From NCBI GenBank assembly GCA_964590575.1, contig CAZPWM010000010.1, forward strand, positions 1-54,586: DNA of 54,586 nucleotides, read 5' to 3'. Position numbers and translations under genes: made by a program. This document shows, piece by piece, positions 1-10,277 of the stretch. Origin of the DNA: an uncultured archaeon (GTDB taxonomy: Archaea; Asgardarchaeota; Thorarchaeia; Thorarchaeales; Thorarchaeaceae). Positions within the stretch are counted from its first letter, which is position 1; every line of letters starts with the position of its first letter. The notes beneath the pieces are model-generated. The model was not told the DNA's origin and ran no database searches. It worked only from the letters and a program-made list of their open reading frames with translations.

Positions 1-39
1 ATAGCCTCCGAGACCGGCAGGATTAAGGCTATCACATAG

Positions 40-1215
40 ATGGAGAATCTTCATCAGCATTACTCCGAAGTGGTCGCACAATGCGTGTATGGACCATCTA
101 ATCTATCTAGCTGTCAATCATATGCCAAGTGTGCAATTGGGGTTGATGAGTTGTCCGATCCTGCCTGTATCGATTTACCTGCTTACGTAAGAGATCGTGA
201 CATTTTCTATGATGTAGAAGGTCGGGTCTTTGTGGTTCTCGGATTCATTCAACCTTCTAACAGAATCCTTTCCTTTCTCAAGTACATTCCAGATTCATCA
301 GGTGAGTGGCAATCTGGTGAAATCAAATACAGGAGAATATTCTGGGGCAGTGTGAGTTCTACTGTTGATGGGATGAACCTGATTCCCTTGGACTATATAG
401 TATCGGACTCTCATTTTGGCACTGACCTTTTAGAGCCTCCTCGAAACAGTGTTACGAAATATTTCAGCCCCGAGATAAGATTGAGAGAAATTATGGAAAG
501 TGGTCCCAGTGACCCTTTAGAGGAACTAGTGAAACGTGGAGCGGATACACTTCATGATGTGCTCGGTATCCGATATGAGCACATTGGAGTAGCTGGAAGC
601 ATACTCTGGAAGGGGCACAGTCTCGAACGATCTGACATCAATATGAACATCTATGGGTTTGATGCATCTTGGACCCTTCATAATAACTACGAGGCTCTCG
701 CTACAGGAAGGAAGGATGCACGTCTACGCGAACTGGCAGACTGGAAACACGCTATGGATAGAGTTCATGATAGGGTTTCCATAATGAAATCTGAGGACTT
801 ATGTAATCTCTTCACTCGACGAAAGGCATTGTGTTTGGACGATGTCTGTATTGGGATCACTCCTATTCTCCTACCAGAAGAGGCGCCTATTCGCTACAAT
901 AATGAATCATATGTTTCCATAGAAAAGAAACCAATGACTATCAAGATGGAGATTGGAAACGCAGACTTCGGCATCTTCCATCCCGCAATCTATGAGGGTC
1001 GATCACACGCTCTTGATGTGATTGATGGTGAATCTGTGAGTCGAATCATGGTATATGATGGAGCTTTTGGAGGTCTAATCGAAACTGGCGATCAAGTGGA
1101 AGTCACTGGAACGCTTCAGAAAGTTGTTCTATCAAATGGAAAATCACCATTCTATCAGATCATGGTCGGGACTAAATCAGGAGCTGGGAAGGAGTACATC
1201 CGGTTACTTACATAG
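40..1215 (+). CDS. Predicted archaeal nucleotidyltransferase (COG1665-like)
   Basis: GVAGSIL...SDINMNIYG nucleotidyltransferase-like motif; N-terminal RDRD..F.V.G..FLKY pattern; C-terminal OB-like segment. The true start may be downstream of 40. Confidence 0.65.
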   Translation: MENLHQHYSEVVAQCVYGPSNLSSCQSYAKCAIGVDELSDPACIDLPAYVRDRDIFYDVEGRVFVVLGFIQPSNRILSFLKYIPDSSGEWQSGEIKYRRIFWGSVSSTVDGMNLIPLDYIVSDSHFGTDLLEPPRNSVTKYFSPEIRLREIMESGPSDPLEELVKRGADTLHDVLGIRYEHIGVAGSILWKGHSLERSDINMNIYGFDASWTLHNNYEALATGRKDARLRELADWKHAMDRVHDRVSIMKSEDLCNLFTRRKALCLDDVCIGITPILLPEEAPIRYNNESYVSIEKKPMTIKMEIGNADFGIFHPAIYEGRSHALDVIDGESVSRIMVYDGAFGGLIETGDQVEVTGTLQKVVLSNGKSPFYQIMVGTKSGAGKEYIRLLT

Positions 1216-1243
1216 CGTATAATCGCAAGTGTCTTAGGTCTGC

Positions 1244-2314
1244 ATGTATCCCCCCAGAATGATGTCATCAAAGAAACTCTTCCTGAAGGTTGCAATAACT
1301 GATGGAGAGCGAGCTAGGAAAGCATTACTGGATCGCAACCTTCTTGACACTAATTACAAAATTGTGTCAGAGAATGGAGCCCTCTTCATACCACTCTATG
1401 AAGAAGTTCAGAGCAATCAGCTTGATGCAGTTCTTGGTCCTATTAATTTTGAAACTGGACGGATGGAATTCGAGCCTGCCTCCCAAGGTCCTAAAAGTCT
1501 AACAAAAACTCTACAGAACTTTCTTAGTCCAGAAGAACTCGAACTAGTTCCACGGGCTTATGATTTGATAGGGGACATCGCTGTCATAGAGCTACCTGAT
1601 GAACTCTCGAGTCACAGAGAACTGATTGGACAATCTTTTCATGAGGTCCACAAGAACTTCTCTACAGTCCTCGCCAAGAGGGGTGCAGTTTCTGGAACCA
1701 CTAGAATCAGAGAATACCAGTGTATAGCTGGTGTAGATAAGACTGATACTATCCATATCGAATATGGTTGTCGTCTTGCAGTAGACCTCTCTAAAGCATA
1801 CTTTAGTCCACGATTGCTTGAAGAACACAACAGAATTGCGCAACTCGTTGAGGACAACGAGTTCGTTGTGGACATGTTCTGCGGTGTTGGTCCTTTTGCT
1901 ATTCACATTGCCCGGCAGAAGAATGCCCATATTGTCGCCATAGACATCAATCCTGATGCTATTGGTCTTCTGAATGAGAGCATCAGATTAAACAAACTAT
2001 TGGGAACAATCGAACCAATAGTCGGAAACACCAAGGATTATTCCAAGAATCATGTTGCTGACCGAGTCATAATGAATCACCCATCTGGTGCATTTGATTT
2101 CGTTTCTGATGCGTGTCGTATTCTAAAACCGCTTGGGGTGATTCATTACTACGATTTTGTGGGTGGAGAAAAACCTGAAGATACAATCACAACCAAACTC
2201 GCTCAGCTTGTAGAAAAAACAGGTCGTTCCGTAGATACAGTGAGTCTTGTGAGAAGAGTCAGAGACAGTGCCCCACATGAGTTCCAGATGGTCGTTGATG
2301 CAATCATTGCTTGA
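1244..2314 (+). CDS. trm5: tRNA (guanine37-N1)-methyltransferase, Trm5 family
   Basis: YDLIGDIAVI, YFSPRL, DMFCGVGPF SAM motif, DINP, DRVIMNHP. Confidence 0.9.
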   Translation: MYPPRMMSSKKLFLKVAITDGERARKALLDRNLLDTNYKIVSENGALFIPLYEEVQSNQLDAVLGPINFETGRMEFEPASQGPKSLTKTLQNFLSPEELELVPRAYDLIGDIAVIELPDELSSHRELIGQSFHEVHKNFSTVLAKRGAVSGTTRIREYQCIAGVDKTDTIHIEYGCRLAVDLSKAYFSPRLLEEHNRIAQLVEDNEFVVDMFCGVGPFAIHIARQKNAHIVAIDINPDAIGLLNESIRLNKLLGTIEPIVGNTKDYSKNHVADRVIMNHPSGAFDFVSDACRILKPLGVIHYYDFVGGEKPEDTITTKLAQLVEKTGRSVDTVSLVRRVRDSAPHEFQMVVDAIIA

Positions 2315-2729
2315 TATAAATCAACTCACACTCGATGACCAAACCATTCACTTTCAATCTATCCACAAATTCGCGACTAAGATCAGAAGCTGCTTTGTCT
2401 GCTTTCACCATAAGAGTACGTTCACTCTCGAATTTGCTTGTTCTGGCGACCATACTTGTTGGATCTGTGTAGGTCAGTCCAGGACTTCCAGTCCCAGTGA
2501 CTTCTTCAGTCAGTCCGTTAATACTCATTCTAAGAACTATCTTTGTACCTGATAATCGAGCCAGTTTCTTAATCTTCGGATCTAATTGGCTCAGAGTAAT
2601 ACCAGAACCAACACCCACGATACATGTTCCACGCTTTGTGAGGTGATTTTCTGAGGTGAGTTCAACTGTCGTCTTATGCTCTCCAATGATATTCTCATGT
2701 CCGTAAGCCTTGAACTGGACTTTCTGCAT
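2304..2729 (-). CDS. DUF371 family protein
   Basis: GHENI..EHKTTVELT..HLTKRGTCIVGV and ADKAASDL.R motifs; start moved to MQKVQF. Confidence 0.85.
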   Translation of the reverse strand: MQKVQFKAYGHENIIGEHKTTVELTSENHLTKRGTCIVGVGSGITLSQLDPKIKKLARLSGTKIVLRMSINGLTEEVTGTGSPGLTYTDPTSMVARTSKFESERTLMVKADKAASDLSREFVDRLKVNGLVIECELIYIKQ

Positions 2730-2787
2730 GATTATCGTATTGCGCCCAAGCCTTTTATGAATGCATGCCATTTCTATAGTGATTCAC

Positions 2788-3465
2788 ATGCCAGAGGAAC
2801 GTTTCAAGAAGACGCTTGATGATTTAGTTCGCCGTCTACGGAACAATGGTTACATCAATAGCGACGAGATGGAACGTGCTTTCAGGACAGTACCAAGAGA
2901 AGAGTTTGTGCATCCCGAAAATCGAAATCATGCATATCGTGACTCTCCGCTCCCAATCGGATTAGGTCAGACTATTTCTGCACCACATATGTGCGTGATA
3001 ATGTGCGAGGCTCTTAAACTGAAACCGGGGCTCAAAATTTTAGAAGTGGGTGCTGGCTCTGGCTACCATGCTGCGTTATGCGCAGAGATGGTCGCCCCCC
3101 GAACTAGTTCGATATCCGGTCATGTTTATACTACGGAGATAGTTGCTGGATTGATTGATTTTGCGAAAGACAACCTAGCACGTAGTGGATATGACGATCG
3201 TGTAACAGTCATTCATACGGATGGTGGAATAGGGTTACCTGAACATGCTCCATTTGATAGAATACTTGTTGCAGCAGCGGCCCCTTCTATCCCTGAACCA
3301 CTAATTGACCAACTCAGCCCTGGTGGAATCATGTTAATTCCGGTAGGTGGGAAAGGATTTTTCCAAGAACTCATGATGGTCGAGAAGGATGAAGAAGGAC
3401 GTATAGTTCAGAAACGCTGGGGAGGAGTCGCGTTTGTTCCTCTTACTGGAGCGTACGGACACTAA
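2788..3465 (+). CDS. pcm: Protein-L-isoaspartate O-methyltransferase
   Basis: VPREEFV, GQTISAPHM, LEVGAGSGY, APFDRI, FVPL. Confidence 0.95.
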   Translation: MPEERFKKTLDDLVRRLRNNGYINSDEMERAFRTVPREEFVHPENRNHAYRDSPLPIGLGQTISAPHMCVIMCEALKLKPGLKILEVGAGSGYHAALCAEMVAPRTSSISGHVYTTEIVAGLIDFAKDNLARSGYDDRVTVIHTDGGIGLPEHAPFDRILVAAAAPSIPEPLIDQLSPGGIMLIPVGGKGFFQELMMVEKDEEGRIVQKRWGGVAFVPLTGAYGH

Positions 3466-3466
3466 A

Positions 3467-4150
3467 TCAAGTAATCATATGCAATGGAATTACAGTCAAA
3501 GTAACCTTATCATTGTCTCCAATTTTAAGCGCCTTCCTGATGTGAATTGGAGCAACAACCTCTAAGATCTCTTCACTATGATGAGTACGTTGAGCAATGA
3601 CAATAGCAGCTTCTATTTTCTGATTTATCTTTACACGATAGCAGATCACGTCGCCAAATGTACGCCCTTCATGGGTGAAACCACTTAATACCAAAGGCGG
3701 CGTGTTTTTCATTCTTCCAATTGCCTTACGAGACTCATCATCCTTTATCTTCACATTCAGAGTCCCAAGATATGGTTTGAACCCAAGAACTTCTTTCAGT
3801 TTTGTCGAGTAGATATCGATATAATACGCGCCTTCACCCAAGCCTGTGACAATAGAACCCTCAATCACAATTTCATCCCCAGGAGGCGTGAAAACAACCT
3901 CTAGGTTAGATAGGACATTTAGCAGCTCTTCGCGTCCCTTGTCAGATATCTGAAGGAGCATCCCATCAGCTGTGTGTATTCTATTCAGATAACCCTGTTC
4001 AACACATTGCGCAACTCTTCTTGATGCTGTTTGCTGGCTGACATTCAGTAGTTCTCCCAGCTCTCTTGTTGTGATTGTCGTCTTACTATATATTGCACCC
4101 TTATTAGCCAAAGAATACAGTGTAAACCAGATATCCGGAATAACCATCAT
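3467..4150 (-). CDS. ribK: CTP-dependent riboflavin kinase with N-terminal winged HTH (RbkR-like)
   Basis: HTH SQQTASR; TGLGEGAYY, FKPYLGTLN, RTHH, LEVVAP. Confidence 0.9.
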   Translation of the reverse strand: MMVIPDIWFTLYSLANKGAIYSKTTITTRELGELLNVSQQTASRRVAQCVEQGYLNRIHTADGMLLQISDKGREELLNVLSNLEVVFTPPGDEIVIEGSIVTGLGEGAYYIDIYSTKLKEVLGFKPYLGTLNVKIKDDESRKAIGRMKNTPPLVLSGFTHEGRTFGDVICYRVKINQKIEAAIVIAQRTHHSEEILEVVAPIHIRKALKIGDNDKVTLTVIPLHMIT

Positions 4151-4152
4151 AA

Positions 4153-4806
4153 TCAGTCCTTCAAACGTTCCCCAGCATCGTCAAGCTTTTTCATTAGTTT
4201 ACTCTGCCCAACCGCTCTGGTGAGGTCTCCACGGGTCCGTTCGACCAGAGACCTTCCCACATCGCATTTTCTTCTCAAATCGGGAACCAGTGCATTGGGA
4301 TAATCAAATGCCTGCAATTCTTCTAGAATCTCCTCCATGAAGCCGAGGAGTGTTTCTGCTTTTTCAACATCATCATGTCGTAAAAGATCTAATGACGCCC
4401 TTCTCAGCTCCCCTACGGTGTCTGCTAATCCATTCAGATACGGTCTAGATGGAATACCATATTCTTCGGGAGGTGAGAATGTGCCATGTTCCATGAGGGC
4501 TAGAAGGTTTACAGCTTCCGCTAGTTCTTGATAGGCTACATCAAGACCCTTTGATCGTATCATAAAATCACTATCTGACACTCCATCTGAAGCTTCAATG
4601 ATTATTCGGTGCGCTTCAGAAACTTGAGCCTTTGCCTCTTCGAATTCCCCTCGATGAGTCATTTTGATGGATTCACTGCATTTTCGTACTGCCTTTCGTC
4701 CTAGTGGCAATGTCTTCTCACGAACAGCATCATCATCATCAATCTCTTTTCTGAGTGGTGTGAGGATTTCTGAAAGTTTCATCTTACTCAACCTCGGGTC
4801 TGTCAT
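4153..4806 (-). CDS. Translin/Trax family protein
   Basis: D.VRE, QELAEA, YLNGLADTVGELRR, LRRKCD. Confidence 0.88.
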   Translation of the reverse strand: MTDPRLSKMKLSEILTPLRKEIDDDDAVREKTLPLGRKAVRKCSESIKMTHRGEFEEAKAQVSEAHRIIIEASDGVSDSDFMIRSKGLDVAYQELAEAVNLLALMEHGTFSPPEEYGIPSRPYLNGLADTVGELRRASLDLLRHDDVEKAETLLGFMEEILEELQAFDYPNALVPDLRRKCDVGRSLVERTRGDLTRAVGQSKLMKKLDDAGERLKD

Positions 4807-5765
4807 AGCTTCTTAATTTGTTTACTGCGCGACAAGAGCACGACTCTACTCTCTACCTGCTCATCGAGAACATGGTATCCTGTTAATGTAGCAAGATTCT
4901 CTGAAAATGCGTGAATTTCCCTATGCGAAGGTGCATTATTTTTGTCTAGACGTCCTCTTGATAATCCCAAAAACATGTATCCTTTCACTTCGATGAAATC
5001 AGGCTCTCCCATATCGATAAGTTTCGAATATGCCCGTACATCATGCATATTTCGGTTAGCCACCATCGTCAGTCTGTTGACAGTTCTAGTGTTAAGAGAC
5101 CGCAGTGTTTGTTGTGACCTCAGAATGCGATTCCATCCATCTTTAATACCAGGCTTGCAAAGAACCTTGTAGGTGGATTCATCCGGCGCAGCCAATGTAA
5201 CATAAAGTTGCGTCGGCAAAGACATAGTCGATAGTACATCTGGTTGCGTACCGTTAGTCACAAGGAATGAAGTCATACCTCTATGATGAATTTCATCGAT
5301 GAGGTCACTAATCAGAGGATGAAGAGTTGGTTCTCCTGCTAAGGAAATGGCCACGTGTTTGGGATCCCTTGCTTCATTGTACTTCTTCTCTGGAACTGAA
5401 GCTCCCGCTTCCGGATTGTAACCTCCAAGAGATCTAAGATTTGCTATCAGTACAGCATCCATCAATTCACTCACAGGTAGTACATCTTTTTCAGAAACAT
5501 CAAGTTGGTTCCAGCTCACTCCAATATCAGCAGGAGTCACTCGCCAACAGAACTCACAGCTTTGTGTGCATTTGTCAACTACAGGTGTCATCTGTAGACA
5601 TCGATGCGATTGGATACCATAGAATTTCTGTTTGTAGCATGAAACATCATGTAGAAGTGCCTTCTTTTGCCACTGACATGCTTTATAGGCGCCTCTTCTG
5701 CCAAGTATATGATACCCTTGTTTTTCGAGCTTTTCGATCAGCTCAATTGGCATGTCAGAGTTCAA
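4803..5765 (-). CDS. taw1: 4-demethylwyosine synthase (radical SAM)
   Basis: CYKQKFYGIQSHRCLQMTP, CTQSCEFCWR, HVAISLAGEPTL, FIEVKGYM. Confidence 0.95.
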   Translation of the reverse strand: MNSDMPIELIEKLEKQGYHILGRRGAYKACQWQKKALLHDVSCYKQKFYGIQSHRCLQMTPVVDKCTQSCEFCWRVTPADIGVSWNQLDVSEKDVLPVSELMDAVLIANLRSLGGYNPEAGASVPEKKYNEARDPKHVAISLAGEPTLHPLISDLIDEIHHRGMTSFLVTNGTQPDVLSTMSLPTQLYVTLAAPDESTYKVLCKPGIKDGWNRILRSQQTLRSLNTRTVNRLTMVANRNMHDVRAYSKLIDMGEPDFIEVKGYMFLGLSRGRLDKNNAPSHREIHAFSENLATLTGYHVLDEQVESRVVLLSRSKQIKKL

Positions 5766-5825
5766 ATTAAATCGAGGGCATGTCTGCTGTGTGTCTTATC
5801 AGGCTTTGGCAAGGTCAAAGCTTGT

Positions 5826-7082
5826 CTAGGACTTGTACGAAGAAAGGTTCTCTGCCATACTTTCCTGTGTACTCCAAGAACCTGTCAGGAGCTTCTTTCT
5901 TGATAACTCGCCTAGGAGTTTCCTGCTCTCACTATCAAGTCTTCCTGGAGCCTCATTTTCGTACGCACTACCAGGTAGCGGCATGAAGACATGTCCATGA
6001 GTTTTTGCTCCAATCTCAGCGAGCGTGTAACAAAGGTCAATGCTTTCCCGCAATTCTTTTTTGGTTTCACCAGGCAGCCCGAATATCATGTCTACGTGAG
6101 GGATGAAACCACAATTCAAGGCTGTGTTGATTGCTTCCAATCCATCTTCAACGGTGTGGTGTCGATTGGTCAATTTCAATAGTCGATTACTACTGGACTG
6201 AAGACCTATCTGTAGTGTCTTATTAGCCACATAACCTTTCATCATCTCAAGAATTGGTCTAGTGACAAACTCTGGTCTGACCTCTGAAGGGAACGAACCA
6301 AAGAAGACTTCCTTCAATCCTTCCACTTTGGATGTTGCTTTCAATAGACTCTCGAGCTTGTCTTCTTCTACTGTACGACCATGTCCACCATAGGAAAGGG
6401 CATTTGGCGAGAGAAACCATGTACGGTCGAACCCGCTATTTATCACAGCTCGGTTTAACCAATGAACAATCGAATCGATGGACCGATTTCTGACCCTCCC
6501 ACCTGTGAGAAATGGAGTACAGCAGAATTTGCAAGAGTATGGACAGCCGCGTGTGACCTCAATTGGTCCTACTATATTCATACCAAGAGCAAATGGAGGA
6601 TAAATGTCAAGATTGACTGGCTCAAGGTCTCTCGGTACTGGACAATCTTGACTTGCTTCTCCAACAACTCCTGGGATCTCGAAAGGGTCCTTATCATTCA
6701 TCAAATACCAAAGCAGCTCGGGGAACGTCTTCTCTCCTTCTCCAACAACTACATAATCGAAACCATTCTCAAGTAGTTCTAAAGGTCGTGCACTACCATG
6801 GGGGCCTCCACCAATAATGGTGACAGAGTTTCCGAACTTCTCTCTTACTTCTCTGACCTCTTTGTAGACTCTATCAGTCTGTGTACTCATGACCGAATGG
6901 GCAAGTATTGTGTGTCCCTGTGCAATGCACTTTCGAATCGTATTGGTGGATAACTCAGTAGGTGCTTCTATAGCAAGTTCGGAGAGTCTATGATCAGTTT
7001 CAATCGTACCTACAAGAGCTGCTAGACTGTATCTTGATGAAGAATGTGCTCTGAAGATGAGGGTTGTCAACCGCGGCACCAA
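5826..7082 (-). CDS. B12-binding domain radical SAM protein (TIGR04013-like)
   Basis: GGPH, GEGE, PIEVTRGCPYSCKFC, FFGSFPSEVRPE, H.FMPLPG. Confidence 0.88.
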   Translation of the reverse strand: MVPRLTTLIFRAHSSSRYSLAALVGTIETDHRLSELAIEAPTELSTNTIRKCIAQGHTILAHSVMSTQTDRVYKEVREVREKFGNSVTIIGGGPHGSARPLELLENGFDYVVVGEGEKTFPELLWYLMNDKDPFEIPGVVGEASQDCPVPRDLEPVNLDIYPPFALGMNIVGPIEVTRGCPYSCKFCCTPFLTGGRVRNRSIDSIVHWLNRAVINSGFDRTWFLSPNALSYGGHGRTVEEDKLESLLKATSKVEGLKEVFFGSFPSEVRPEFVTRPILEMMKGYVANKTLQIGLQSSSNRLLKLTNRHHTVEDGLEAINTALNCGFIPHVDMIFGLPGETKKELRESIDLCYTLAEIGAKTHGHVFMPLPGSAYENEAPGRLDSESRKLLGELSRKKLLTGSWSTQESMAENLSSYKS

Positions 7083-7134
7083 CCTTGGACGAAGTTGGAC
7101 AGGTGCTTATATAGTTCACACTGGACAGTATGAT

Positions 7135-7361
7135 GTATAGTCAATCCATTACGAGAGCCAAGTAGATGAACTGACTCAACAGTCGCCGCGAGTTGCATGG
7201 AGACACAAAACGCCTGTTGGAGAGGCCGTAAGACATCAGAGGTCTTGAACCTGTGATGCAGCCTCGATGAATCAGGAACCGAACATCGATTATGGACGTC
7301 ATGTCCAAGATTGTCTAAGTTTCGGACAACGGTGTGCGAATCCACTTGTTGCACGCGCTCT
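7135..7361 (+). ncRNA. Candidate structured non-coding RNA, family unknown
   Basis: Intergenic gap with a TATA-like TTATATA at 7107-7113 followed by at least six consecutive hairpins; strand inferred from the TATA position and G-U pairs. Confidence 0.35.
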
Positions 7362-7950
7362 AGTTGACAAGTCGCTCGGTAATTCCTTTATCGGTCACAC
7401 TCATCACACGGATTTCGCCACCAGATTGAGCATCCCGTGCGATACCCGCCTTGACTGCGTTGATTGCAATCTCTTCAGCTTCCTTTACGGTCAAACTTGG
7501 CTTGTATCCGTCCTCAAGAACACCATAAGCAGATGCAGTTCCAGATCCTGTTGCTGTGAACTCGTCCGGAATTAGAGACCCACCCATGTCCATGGTAAAA
7601 AGCTGCGGTCCATCATTATCCACTCCAACCACAACAGTCTGGATGTATAATGGTGCCATACGTCTTGAATAGAGTGTGTTAGCTATCATCTTAGAGAGTG
7701 CCTTTACAGTTATGTCCTTCTTCTGATTCAGTTCATAGAGCTTGATCTGAGCCTTCAGCCTGTTTACCAGCATCTGATAATCTGAGGTGAGACCTGCAGA
7801 TGCTAGGACGATAGTATCTGTTAACTTGAACGCCTTGATACCTTTATCAGTCAAGACGAATGTGCCCCATGTGATTAATGAATCAGTAGCCACTACTACG
7901 CCATCACTACATTTCATGCCGACAACAGTTGCACCGGTTGGAAGTGACAT
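7360..7950 (-). CDS. psmB: Proteasome beta subunit, probably non-catalytic
   Basis: GATVVG..DGVVVATDS, AG..SD.Q, TGSG..AYGVLE, RDAQSG; the usual G-T-T-T autocleavage motif is replaced by GAT. Confidence 0.92.
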   Translation of the reverse strand: MSLPTGATVVGMKCSDGVVVATDSLITWGTFVLTDKGIKAFKLTDTIVLASAGLTSDYQMLVNRLKAQIKLYELNQKKDITVKALSKMIANTLYSRRMAPLYIQTVVVGVDNDGPQLFTMDMGGSLIPDEFTATGSGTASAYGVLEDGYKPSLTVKEAEEIAINAVKAGIARDAQSGGEIRVMSVTDKGITERLVN

Positions 7951-8045
7951 TATCAATAAGCCTCCGAAAGGGGGGTTAATCTGTGTTGGTCACATCCACT
8001 CGTTTTAAAACGTTTGCGAACTGTCCAATCTCACCTAGGTGGAGC

Positions 8046-9107
8046 TTGACAAGATTGCGTAAACTCAATCCCTTTGCAAACATTCCGACTATTATGACTG
8101 CAGAGGAGATTATCGAGTATGCCCATAATCGGTCTACTAGAATCAGTATGAAAAGTTCGCTCCGAATGAAGAAACTCGAACGGACTCGCATCAGAGAGAT
8201 TACTAGATTGCAGGAATTCACTAAACAGGTCAAGATAAAAATCTCCGAGGCTGTAGAACAATTTCCATCCATAGACCGACTTCATCCATTCTATTCCGAG
8301 TTATCTGAGATTCTTGTCGGTAATGATAAACTGAAACAATCCTTGGGGGCAGTATACAATTGCGTTCCTTCAATTGATGAAATTACAGACAAACACCTCC
8401 AAGCTATCAAGCTAGCAGACGAATTCCGTCAGATGAAAAGGTCAAGGAGCGCTGCCAAAGGGCGAATCTCATCGATACTTAGAGCAACCGCAAAAAATCT
8501 AGATTTCATAATTGAAGCAAAAAAGACTCTTTCCAGACTTCCAGGAATCTCACCTAATTCTCCAACAATAGTCTGCGCAGGGTTTCCAAATGTCGGAAAA
8601 TCAACACTTGTGAAAGCTGTATCAACAGCCGAACCAGAGATTGCATATTATCCTTTCACTACACGAAGTGTAATCGTAGGACACCTGAGGGTGGACAATC
8701 ATAGTGTACAGATAGTAGACACTCCAGGAATTCTTGACAGACCAATGGCTCAACGAAATGAGATTGAACGTGAAGCAATAGCCGCGTTGAAGTATCTTGC
8801 ACATGTCATTATCTTCATGGTTGACCCCTCAGAAGCATGCGGGTGGACTTTTGACCAACAACTGAATCTATTGACCGAAGTGCGGAAGATGTTCCCCACG
8901 AATCCTATCTTGATTGCTATCAACAAGGTGGATCTCACTGAACCCGAAAAACTTGTAGCAGCGAGAGAGAAACTTCCTGGGAGTCATGAGATTATTGCAA
9001 TTGAGGGAATTGGGGTTGAGAAATTGATGAAAGACGCAGTAGAAGAGGTTGATCTAACTCCACTTCAAGAAACTGTTGATGATTATCTAGCATCCCTGTC
9101 AAAGTGA
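8046..9107 (+). CDS. NOG1 family GTP-binding protein
   Basis: LHPFY, GFPNVGKS, YPFTT, DTPGILDRP, NKVD; start estimated at a TTG after AGGTGGAG. Confidence 0.92.
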   Translation: MTRLRKLNPFANIPTIMTAEEIIEYAHNRSTRISMKSSLRMKKLERTRIREITRLQEFTKQVKIKISEAVEQFPSIDRLHPFYSELSEILVGNDKLKQSLGAVYNCVPSIDEITDKHLQAIKLADEFRQMKRSRSAAKGRISSILRATAKNLDFIIEAKKTLSRLPGISPNSPTIVCAGFPNVGKSTLVKAVSTAEPEIAYYPFTTRSVIVGHLRVDNHSVQIVDTPGILDRPMAQRNEIEREAIAALKYLAHVIIFMVDPSEACGWTFDQQLNLLTEVRKMFPTNPILIAINKVDLTEPEKLVAAREKLPGSHEIIAIEGIGVEKLMKDAVEEVDLTPLQETVDDYLASLSK

Positions 9108-10160
9108 TAATCCACTACCTTCAACTAAAACCATTCCCGGTTCACCTATTTTTCCTTGTAGCTTAATTCGGGTTCCTAACACATGTTCTACCGCCCAGAT
9201 ATTCGTTATTAGATGGGAGGTAATTCTAGTCACACCAAATTTGCTATTTCCTGATGCTACAGCTAGATAGGGAATGAGCATATCACAAAGGTGAGAGTCT
9301 ACTGCCATTCCTGTCGAAACCTCAGCAACCAGTTGTGAAACTGCATCATTTCCCACTCGTTCTGCACTCTTACCACGCTCACCAAGTGCATCCGCACCTA
9401 CTCTAATCCCTTGTTCTGATTCAGCCCAGATCACAATACCGCTTCCAGGTCCCAAATGAGGGTCGTTATCTTTACGATAAGACTCGCGAACTATGTCCGA
9501 CTTCATATCTAGGTGTTTGAGAATCATCTCTTCTGCTGCCATTGCTTGTCTTTCAGCTATATGACCAGGTAGTCTTACACAATGAGATATTCCACCTATA
9601 GTTCTCAGATTCCCGGATTCGACTTTCTCAAAGGAGTTGATACTACCTATAGGCGTGACATCACAAGTGACTTTCCCTCCACCCCGTGGATAGTGCCCCC
9701 GTTTCTTCTGGAGAATCTCAATTCTGGGCCCTAGGATTTCTAACATGTGGGCGAATACATTATGTAAATAGTCGATTGGAGGACTCCAATTCACATCGGT
9801 CCCCCCATGGAGTTCAAAGCTGATTGGTTCTGGAGACAATACCGCAGGTGGTAAGGCCGCTTGAAGTACGAGTGAGATTGATCCTGCAGTACCAACATCA
9901 TAGTTTATTTTACCACCGCAGCGTTCATGTGGTACAAATTCTACTGTTGTACTACCTACCTCTAGCCCTTTTATTTCAGCATCAACAATCTTACCAGTGA
10001 CCTCGATTCCGGCAATATGTTGTCTTTTGAGACCTGGTTTTGGTCGACCTGCACGTATACTTGTTATGCGAACTGGTTTCATGGTCAGCGCGGAAAGTGA
10101 AACGGCTGTTCGTAGGATTTGACCCCCACCTTCGCCATATGAACCATCAATCTCAATCAT
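9099..10160 (-). CDS. rtcA: RNA 3'-terminal phosphate cyclase
   Basis: IDGSYGEGGGQILRT, RPKPGL..QH, GHYPRGGG, DSHLCD, SHLITN. Confidence 0.95.
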   Translation of the reverse strand: MIEIDGSYGEGGGQILRTAVSLSALTMKPVRITSIRAGRPKPGLKRQHIAGIEVTGKIVDAEIKGLEVGSTTVEFVPHERCGGKINYDVGTAGSISLVLQAALPPAVLSPEPISFELHGGTDVNWSPPIDYLHNVFAHMLEILGPRIEILQKKRGHYPRGGGKVTCDVTPIGSINSFEKVESGNLRTIGGISHCVRLPGHIAERQAMAAEEMILKHLDMKSDIVRESYRKDNDPHLGPGSGIVIWAESEQGIRVGADALGERGKSAERVGNDAVSQLVAEVSTGMAVDSHLCDMLIPYLAVASGNSKFGVTRITSHLITNIWAVEHVLGTRIKLQGKIGEPGMVLVEGSGLSL

Positions 10161-10277
10161 TCGTAGAACCTAAAGAGAATATTATCGCCCCCGTTATGAA
10201 CTTCATCATCAAGACTCTCATTTTGTCGCAGTGCTAATCCTTATTTGCGCCGCAAGTTCTCACTTAGAGCGATTACG

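Noticed and set aside
7330-7357. tRNA T-arm-like GTGCGAATCC
   Set aside because: No matching T stem, acceptor stem or CCA.
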